Source: Oscillospiraceae bacterium (GTDB taxonomy: Bacteria > Bacillota > Clostridia > Oscillospirales > Acutalibacteraceae). From it: a stretch of 42,664 bases of DNA. A program made the position numbers and the translations under genes. The stretch lies in the NCBI GenBank assembly GCA_015066165.1, contig SVOX01000001.1, positions 1-42,664 on the forward strand, written 5' to 3'. The notes beneath the pieces were generated by a model. The model did not search any database, was not told the origin of the DNA, and was given only the letters and a program-made list of their open reading frames with translations. Shown here piece after piece: positions 36,578 through 42,664 of the stretch (its first letter is position 1; the number at the start of each line of letters is the position of its first letter).

Positions 36578-37305
36578 TATAATCTCCTAATATGGAATCC
36601 GCCGTCAACGTCGATAGACTGTCCTGTAACATAAGGCAAAGAGCCATTACAAAGTGTCCACACAGCGTTTGCTATATCCTCCGGTTTTCCCCAACGCTTA
36701 ATGGGTAACAGTCCGCCATCTATTAGTGCATCGTATTTTGCTTTAACCTTATCGGTCATACCCGTAGCGATAATACCAGGGCGAATTTCGTTAACCATAA
36801 TACCGTACTCGGCAAGGCGGTCGGCAAAAAGGGTGGTTATCATTGTAACACCCGCTTTTGAGATGCAGTATTCCCCACGACTGACACTGCTTGTATATCC
36901 CGACATTGAAGATATATTTACAATACTTCCCGATTTATTTTCCTTCATTACGTTTGCAACCGCTTGTGTTAAAAACAAGGTTCCCTTGGTGTTTATATTC
37001 ATAACAAAATCGTAAGATTCCTCGGTCATTTCGAGAATATCCGCTCTAACCTTTGGGGCTACGCCCGCAACGTTTACAAGAATATCAACCCTACCGTATT
37101 TTTCCATTGCGGTTTTAAGGTAAGCTTCACGGCTTTTCTTATCACTTAAATCACCTTTGAAATAAGTAAAGTCGCCCTCTAATTCTTGGGGCATTTGGGG
37201 TAATACATCCATACCAACAACACTAACGCCGTTTTCTAAAAGTTTTTTTGCCGTAGCAAATCCTATACCACCCGCAACACCTGTTACCAATGCAATTTTT
37301 TTCAT
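36577..37305 (-). CDS. Short-chain dehydrogenase/reductase (SDR)
   Basis: 242 aa. Motifs are TGVAGGIGFATAKKL (TGxxxGxG), NVAG and YCISKAG (YxxxK). It overlaps the downstream start by 1 nt. Confidence 0.88.
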   Translation of the reverse strand: MKKIALVTGVAGGIGFATAKKLLENGVSVVGMDVLPQMPQELEGDFTYFKGDLSDKKSREAYLKTAMEKYGRVDILVNVAGVAPKVRADILEMTEESYDFVMNINTKGTLFLTQAVANVMKENKSGSIVNISSMSGYTSSVSRGEYCISKAGVTMITTLFADRLAEYGIMVNEIRPGIIATGMTDKVKAKYDALIDGGLLPIKRWGKPEDIANAVWTLCNGSLPYVTGQSIDVDGGFHIRRL

Positions 37306-37306
37306 T

Positions 37307-39127
37307 TTATTTCCTCTTTATATTTATTGTAACTTCATACTGCTTACCGCATAATGCCGTAAATTTCAGTCGGTTCATTTTGTCGGTATTCCAGTTTGCT
37401 TTGAGTTTCTCATCATCTTCAAAATCAACGCTATCATAAGCAAAAGCACCCTCGCAGTCGGCTGTGACGATAAATTCGTTACCGATAATCGCCTTATTGC
37501 CTTCGATAGTTATTTCAAGCGGAGTTATAAAATGCTCACAAAACGTATTTTTATCTTTTGTAAAAACAAATTTATCTTTTATTGAAACTCCGTCTTCATT
37601 TACTGTAACAAAGCGATCTAATGTTTCGATTTTTGCCTCTTTTCTATACGCTTTTGCAAAGCTTATATGGGTAGTGGTACCTTCCATTTCAAAATTATCG
37701 GCCTTGTAAATTTTGCCGTCGGGTTGTTCGTATTCCCCCGTTTGACCAAAGCCGTTAATTTGGGGTAAATTGTGCCACGAAGAGTTCATTGTCCATATAT
37801 CATAACGCTGCAAAGAAAATGTTTTTGCGTTGTAAGTACCGCTACCCGAATCAACAAAAACAGGACAACCATTATAATAAACTATTGCACTACCCACATC
37901 GTAGTGATTATGGCGTTCGGCATTATGACCGCCCTTTGCAGCATAAAACCAACCGTTTTTATGAACAAAAGCATTTTGAGTGTCCTTTAAAATGCAGCTA
38001 TCGCACGGCTCAAAATCAGTCAAAGCTTTAATTTCATCTTCATAAATTAAATCAAAAACCATTCTGCGAAGCATTGAATCGTTATCATTAAGTTCATTAG
38101 GAATAAGATTTAACTCTTTTGACAATGATGAAAGCCGACTATCGTTTATTCGTTTGCCGTACATATAAAGAATATAACTTATTTGTGCGTTTTTAAGGGT
38201 TGTGGCGCCGTCGGCAAAATTGGTGAAATAACCGTTACCAATGTATGCGCGGTATTCATATTTACCGCAGTTTTGAGTGGTTTCATCATTAAAAAAGTTA
38301 ATTTTTCCATTTGTGGCTATGAATAATTGGTCGCAAAATTCAAAAAACGCACCTTGTGACATACACCAATAGGTAGCACCCTCATCACAACCGCCGTCAC
38401 GTGGATAGGTGTTGTAAATTCCCTGTATTTCGCTAATCATCTTTTCTATTCCGTGTTTTAATTTTTCACTGTCCTTTTGCATTATCAAAAATACTGTTAA
38501 AAGGTTAGAAAGTATCCACGGGTTCCAGTTGTCAACCTTCCAGCCGGGTGTGTTGCACATCCAAATAAAATCCCGTCTTTCGAGATAGGGTTTTATTATG
38601 CGGCGTTCTATTTCATACTCAATGCGCTCTAACATTTCGGGACAATATTTCCTTATACCTTCCCCTAAAAGATAATGGCAAAGGGTTAGCATTACCGCAG
38701 TTTCGGCGGCAAAAATATCAATATAGGGGTCATCTGCCGCCTGAATATCATAAGGAGCACCTAACGGATGCTTATGAGCAGACAAGGTCCAAGTGGTTTC
38801 TTCGCACAAAAGCAATGCCCCGTCAACGATATCGGGGATAAATCTGCCTTTGTTTTCAAGCAGTTCACCCAAAATCAACGCGCAAAACGCGGCGCGGCGC
38901 TCAAAATAGGGCTTTTCGTGCCTTTGGCGACTGCCCTCGGTATGAAAAGCAATAAAATCCGATGCCTTTATTAAAGGCCAACTAAAGCCAAGAAATTTTT
39001 CCGCCCTTTTTACATACTTTTCCTTATATTTGCTATCCCAAAATTCACGGTTGGAACCATTTGGGAAAAGCATATTTGAAAAATCAAAATCTGCAACGTT
39101 ATTTTCTTTGAGCCAGGTTACAAACAT
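37307..39127 (-). CDS. Heparinase II/III-like family protein (polysaccharide/oligosaccharide lyase fold), cytoplasmic
   Basis: 606 aa with no signal peptide. The N-terminal helical toroid region is ...FWDSKY...RAAFCALILGELL...LLLCEETTWTLSAH.... The C-terminal GGHNAERHNHYDVGSAIVYYNGCPVFVDSGSGTY matches the start of the Hepar_II_III beta-sandwich. Confidence 0.7.
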   Translation of the reverse strand: MFVTWLKENNVADFDFSNMLFPNGSNREFWDSKYKEKYVKRAEKFLGFSWPLIKASDFIAFHTEGSRQRHEKPYFERRAAFCALILGELLENKGRFIPDIVDGALLLCEETTWTLSAHKHPLGAPYDIQAADDPYIDIFAAETAVMLTLCHYLLGEGIRKYCPEMLERIEYEIERRIIKPYLERRDFIWMCNTPGWKVDNWNPWILSNLLTVFLIMQKDSEKLKHGIEKMISEIQGIYNTYPRDGGCDEGATYWCMSQGAFFEFCDQLFIATNGKINFFNDETTQNCGKYEYRAYIGNGYFTNFADGATTLKNAQISYILYMYGKRINDSRLSSLSKELNLIPNELNDNDSMLRRMVFDLIYEDEIKALTDFEPCDSCILKDTQNAFVHKNGWFYAAKGGHNAERHNHYDVGSAIVYYNGCPVFVDSGSGTYNAKTFSLQRYDIWTMNSSWHNLPQINGFGQTGEYEQPDGKIYKADNFEMEGTTTHISFAKAYRKEAKIETLDRFVTVNEDGVSIKDKFVFTKDKNTFCEHFITPLEITIEGNKAIIGNEFIVTADCEGAFAYDSVDFEDDEKLKANWNTDKMNRLKFTALCGKQYEVTINIKRK

Positions 39128-39131
39128 AAAA

Positions 39132-40454
39132 TCAACCCTTTAAACATTGTTTTTTATATATTGGCAAATAAACCTCTTTATCTCTTATTACACAACCGGG
39201 AGTCCCACCCGCAGTACGCATAATTTCGGTACATTTTGAACAACAAATACAAATTTTATTTTTATCCATACTGCCGTTTTTTATTATATCCTTTGCAAAA
39301 TCGGGGTAAGCAAAAATTGTTCTGCCAAATCCCGCAAAATCAAAAGCGCCATTTTGTATAAAAGCCGAAACAACGTTTGGTGCCGCAACACCTAAATAAG
39401 TTATAGCCGAGCAAATAATCGCCATTTCGGGATTTAAGCTTTTAATTTTCTCAATACCTTTAAGTACTCTTGCCACACCTTGTAACGGATGCTCGGGCGG
39501 TTCATACCCACCGCTAACGTACGGACGGTTTACGTGGGGATTAAAATAAGGGTTGCCCATCGTAATATTAAGAAGCTTTACTCCGTAAGAATGAAGCTCT
39601 TTTATAAGACGGTCGGGTTCGGTAATATCAAACTCTGTTCCGCCGTTTTCACTAACGCCAAAACCGTAAGGGTATGGGAAACCGTCATAAACGTTAAGCC
39701 GAGAAGATACAATAAAATCTTTAGAGCAATTTTCAATTGCACCTTTTACACTCTCGCGCAAAAGACGTGTGCGGTTTTCAAAGCAACCGCCGTATTTACC
39801 TTCGCGTTCAAATGCCGACAGTAATTCCGAATTAAGATAACGGTGACAGCATTTTATATCCACACCGTCAAAGCCTGCCTTTTGGGCAAGTAATGCACCG
39901 TTTACAAGCGCTTCTTTTACGCTATCAAGATATTCATCAGTAGCAATACGGCTTTTATCTATTGGGTTTTCCTTTTCAAAAATCGGGTTATTGTAGGCGA
40001 TTATCGGTGCAGGCGTTCCGTTCGGCTTTGAATAACGTCCCGAATGGGTTGCCTGCATAATAACAAGCGGTTCGTAGCCATTTTCTTTAAAAGCGGTATT
40101 TTTAATATCCTCAACCTGACGCTTAAATGCATCTATATTGTTTTCGTTTATGTATAGTTGATGCGGATTGGCTCTGCCCTCTTCCATTACGGCGGTCGCC
40201 TCAAACCAAATAAGCCCCGCTCCGCCTGTGGCAATTCGTTCATAACGTCTTTTAGTCAAAGTGTCTGGTTCACCGTCGGGTGTTCCGTCACAACCCTCCA
40301 TCGCTTGACAAACAAGTCGGTTTGGAACAGTTTTTACTCCTAATTTATAATCTTTACCCAAAACCGAAACGTCATTAGAAAAAGGAAGGGCTGTGCCCAG
40401 CTCATTGTTCTGAATTTCAAAATCTTTTAATTCCGTATATACCTTTCTAACCAT
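39132..40454 (-). CDS. Old-Yellow-Enzyme-type NADH:flavin oxidoreductase with a C-terminal Cys cluster (enoate/2,4-dienoyl-CoA-reductase N-terminal module only)
   Basis: 440 aa. VPNRLVCQAMEG...GGAGLIWFEATAV...ATHSGR...GFDGVDIKCCHRYL is an OYE TIM barrel. The C-terminal CICCSKC-x12-C resembles the CxxCxxxC...C 4Fe-4S motif of the FadH/enoate reductase family. The protein ends about 20 aa later, with no FAD/NAD(P) domain. Confidence 0.75.
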   Translation of the reverse strand: MVRKVYTELKDFEIQNNELGTALPFSNDVSVLGKDYKLGVKTVPNRLVCQAMEGCDGTPDGEPDTLTKRRYERIATGGAGLIWFEATAVMEEGRANPHQLYINENNIDAFKRQVEDIKNTAFKENGYEPLVIMQATHSGRYSKPNGTPAPIIAYNNPIFEKENPIDKSRIATDEYLDSVKEALVNGALLAQKAGFDGVDIKCCHRYLNSELLSAFEREGKYGGCFENRTRLLRESVKGAIENCSKDFIVSSRLNVYDGFPYPYGFGVSENGGTEFDITEPDRLIKELHSYGVKLLNITMGNPYFNPHVNRPYVSGGYEPPEHPLQGVARVLKGIEKIKSLNPEMAIICSAITYLGVAAPNVVSAFIQNGAFDFAGFGRTIFAYPDFAKDIIKNGSMDKNKICICCSKCTEIMRTAGGTPGCVIRDKEVYLPIYKKQCLKG

Positions 40455-40589
40455 TCAAAACATCCTTTTACTCCATTTTATAAAACCATTATATAAACTC
40501 ACGGCACCAATAACAATATTAATATTGCTCAAAATTATGTAAATCTTGCTTTTTGGGGCAAATTGTGTTAAAATTCAATCGGTGATACT

Positions 40590-41384
40590 ATGAATACTTT
40601 TATACACTCCGCAAAATATACCGATACGGTTAAAAAAATAAGCCCGCACCATCACGATGTACATCAAATATTGTACGTAACCGACGGCTGTGCCGAAATG
40701 ACAATAAACGGCGAATGCTTTTTATTAAAAAAGGGGTCGCTTATATTCATCAGCCGAATGGAAGCGCACTCGGTAAATAACACAAGCGAAAATTACAAGC
40801 GGTATGAAATACGAATACCGCCCGAAATCATAGCCGAAGATATGAAGAACATTAAGCTCTTTTCAGTGCTTTTTGACCGACCGCAGGGCTTTAGCCGAGT
40901 AATCGAGCTACCCGTTGAAAAAACGGCGCCTATCTTTGAACAAATAGTGGCCGAACAAAACCAAAATAACGCATATAAAGCCGAAATGCAGTCTTCGCTT
41001 TTGGATATGCTTTTCATAAATATATACAGAAGCTTTCCTCAATTATTTTCGTCGGCTGAAACTCCCGCTTTTGAAACGGTTAAAAAAATCCAACAGCAGT
41101 TTGAAAATAATATTGAATACAAATATTCTTTAGAAGAAATTTCGCAAGAATATCATATAAGCAAATTTTATCTTTCCCACATTTTTAAAAGTATTACGGG
41201 ATATGCCGTTATGGACTATTTAAAATCACTCCGCATAGCAAGGGCAAAAAACATGCTCGCAAAGACAAATTTGAGTATTAGTGAAATTGTTAAAACTTGC
41301 GGTTTTTCGGATAGCAGTAACTTTAGCCGAGAATTTAAATCAATTACCGGACAAACCCCGAGTAAATTTAGAAACTCACATTGA
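40590..41384 (+). CDS. AraC-family transcriptional regulator (cupin sensor + HTH_AraC)
   Basis: 264 aa. The N-terminal cupin-like region is HHHDVHQILYVTDG.... The C-terminal region is ...YSLEEISQEYHISKFYLSHIFKSITGYAVMDYLKSLRIARAKNML...SISEIVKTCGFSDSSNFSREFKSITGQTPSKFR. It is divergent from the operon. Confidence 0.88.
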   Translation: MNTFIHSAKYTDTVKKISPHHHDVHQILYVTDGCAEMTINGECFLLKKGSLIFISRMEAHSVNNTSENYKRYEIRIPPEIIAEDMKNIKLFSVLFDRPQGFSRVIELPVEKTAPIFEQIVAEQNQNNAYKAEMQSSLLDMLFINIYRSFPQLFSSAETPAFETVKKIQQQFENNIEYKYSLEEISQEYHISKFYLSHIFKSITGYAVMDYLKSLRIARAKNMLAKTNLSISEIVKTCGFSDSSNFSREFKSITGQTPSKFRNSH

Positions 41385-41400
41385 CTTTTCTGAATATGGT

Positions 41401-41667
41401 ACACCTTACTTCTTCACTATTCACTTTTCACTCTTCAATAAAAAAGACGGCGATTATTCGCCGTCTTTTTTAATTAATTGCCTTGGGCGTGAATTGGCTT
41501 TGCCATGAATTGTTCGCTTTGCGAACATGAATTGAATTAAATCCTTATGCACCACAGTGCAATTCATGTTGCGCAGCAACAATTTATGTGCTTTAGCACA
41601 ATTCATAAATCCGCAGGATTTAATTCATTGCAAAATTACGCTACTGCGAAATTTTGCACTGCGTTCC
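41401..41667 (+). repeat. Composite intergenic repeat, copy C (full length: heptad head + terminator + mini-hairpin array + tail)
   Basis: Heptads lie at 41412-41439, the terminator GACGGCGATTATTCGCCGTC+T6 at about 41446-41471, and the core and tail run through ...GCACTGCGTTCC (41667). It starts 17 nt after the AraC stop. Confidence 0.9.
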
Positions 41668-41907
41668 GTCGTGCTTTATTTCGTAATTTTCTTTTAATAT
41701 CAAGTCGCTTATAAACACAAACTCATACCCCTGCTCCTTTAGGGTTTTAAGAATAGTCGGTAACGCTTCGGGTGTATGGTCGGCATCGTTATGGAAAAGC
41801 ACAATACTACCATTTTTGACCTTGCTTGTCACCCGTTTTGCAATACTTTCGGGCGTAGCATTTTCTTTCCAGTCAAGCGAGTCACCATACGATACAAAAG
41901 TAATATT
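41641..41907 (-). pseudogene. Polysaccharide deacetylase (NodB-homology, PdaA/PdaB-like) 3' remnant; N-terminal ~2/3 missing
   Basis: The frame is open from 41907 with no start codon: ITFVSYGDSLDWKENATPESIAKRVTSKVKNGSIVLFHNDADHTPEALPTILKTLKEQGYEFVFISDLILKENYEIKHDGTQ.... This is the C-terminal NodB pattern. An in-frame TAA lies at 41908-41910. The last 9 codons and the stop lie inside repeat copy C. Confidence 0.7.
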
Positions 41908-41985
41908 TTAATAATGGCTTGTGTATTTTGCATTAATGTAGTATACTGTATGAAACAAAAAGGTTTTTATTTGAGGTGGTAAAAT

Positions 41986-42664
41986 ATGAAAAAGATTGTT
42001 TCTGTATTATTGTTTATTCTTATGATATTTTCTATATCTGCTTGTAACAAATCAAATAACACCTCTTCTGAATTGGATACAAGTAAACCTGATGCATCAC
42101 AAAGTAAGGCGACTGATTCGACAGATATTTTAGAAAATTTCGAATTAGGTGAACCATCTTTCGAGATTCAATTAGAAGAACTTAAAAGTATAATAGATTA
42201 TAGCTTTTCTGAAAAATTATTCATTACTAGTGATGGTTTGCTATATAGAATAGGAAGATATTCAGATGGAACTAATTTGAAGAAAATAAGCGAAGAAATA
42301 AAATGTGTTAAATTTCGCAAAAGTCGTTCGATTGTTAGTGATGATAATAGTATATATACTTATGATTCTAACAATTTTTCATTATCTTTTTTAGCGAACG
42401 ATGGAAAAGACCATACAAATTACTCGTTTGTCACATTAAATAGTGCAGCAAACGTATATAAAGCCACATTAAAAAGCAATGAAATTTATTTAAATCAGTT
42501 TCGTGGTGAAGATATAGGCGAGCAATTTAAAATACACTCTTTTGCAGGGGACGAAATAATAGAAAATTTTATTAACGGAACTATAAAAACCAATAAAGGA
42601 TATTATTATTTCAAACAAACTATAAACCACTCAGAATATGACGATGTGCCAGATACCATTACAT
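41986..42664 (+). CDS. Lipoprotein of unknown function (3' end outside the window); not in the supplied ORF track
   Basis: GAGGTGG (41973-41979) lies 6 nt before ATG 41986. My hand translation is open to the window end (226 codons): MKKIVSVLLFILMIFSISACNKSNNTSSELD..., with lipobox ISAC. The DNA is noticeably more AT-rich than the rest of the window. Confidence 0.7.
   Translation, partial: MKKIVSVLLFILMIFSISACNKSNNTSSELDTSKPDASQSKATDSTDILENFELGEPSFEIQLEELKSIIDYSFSEKLFITSDGLLYRIGRYSDGTNLKKISEEIKCVKFRKSRSIVSDDNSIYTYDSNNFSLSFLANDGKDHTNYSFVTLNSAANVYKATLKSNEIYLNQFRGEDIGEQFKIHSFAGDEIIENFINGTIKTNKGYYYFKQTINHSEYDDVPDTIT

Noticed and set aside
28348-41400. Integrative or mobile element (ICE, prophage or transposon) interpretation of the repeat-bracketed block
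   Set aside because: No integrase, transposase, relaxase or phage gene is present, and the repeats are direct, long and structured rather than IS-type inverted termini. I keep only the weaker claim of a repeat-bracketed block that could have been inserted or could excise or amplify by homologous recombination.
1-42664. rRNA, tRNA, tmRNA and RNase P genes
   Set aside because: All gene-free intervals longer than 100 nt are AT-rich or consist of the repeats described (2100-2730, 14359-14639, 15402-15567, 27651-28394, 40455-40589, 41385-41985). None shows cloverleaf-type GC stems or conserved rRNA, tmRNA or RNase P motifs by eye. A covariance-model scan would be needed to be definitive.

Overview
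This 42.7-kb window looks like a chromosomal segment from a low-to-moderate-GC, endospore-forming Firmicute. The Clostridia-like placement is an inference from tepA-like/ftsK-spoIIIE synteny, a YerC-type gene, DUF1292, strong Shine-Dalgarno sites and frequent intrinsic terminators. I support about 33 protein genes, and found no rRNA, tRNA, CRISPR array, transposase or integrase. Left third (1-18.2 kb) is mostly housekeeping: a partial FucO-like alcohol dehydrogenase, CapA-like phosphoesterase, ABC exporter, DUF1292, a small SLOG+HTH module, Fba, an E2-like acyltransferase-fold protein, TepA-like ClpP-fold protein, FtsK/SpoIIIE, a ComEC-type MBL hydrolase, YerC, an amino-acid ABC importer with two binding-protein paralogues, an LtaS-type sulfatase-fold enzyme and a NUDIX hydrolase. 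Centre (18.3-27.7 kb) is one minus-strand operon: a Wzy_C/O-antigen-ligase-like membrane protein, a glycosyltransferase-less PBP transpeptidase lipoprotein, and a 2,100-aa secreted repeat/LRR protein. Right third (28.4-41.4 kb) is a tightly packed nine-gene catabolic operon plus a divergent AraC regulator. It encodes a heparinase II/III-like lyase, OYE/Fe-S ene-reductase, FAD flavoprotein, SDR, 2-hydroxyacid dehydrogenase, TIM-barrel isomerase, GH63-like hydrolase and two cupin isomerases. This block is bracketed exactly by three near-identical copies of a 0.2-0.27 kb composite repeat built from TTCACT heptads, a terminator and a string of eight mini-hairpins. The right edge holds a polysaccharide-deacetylase remnant and an abrupt switch to AT-rich DNA carrying a lipoprotein ORF that the ORF track missed. 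There is also an orphan, consensus-promoted ~0.43 kb transcription unit with no long ORF at 2.15-2.6 kb. All functional calls come from motif recognition by eye. No database search was possible.
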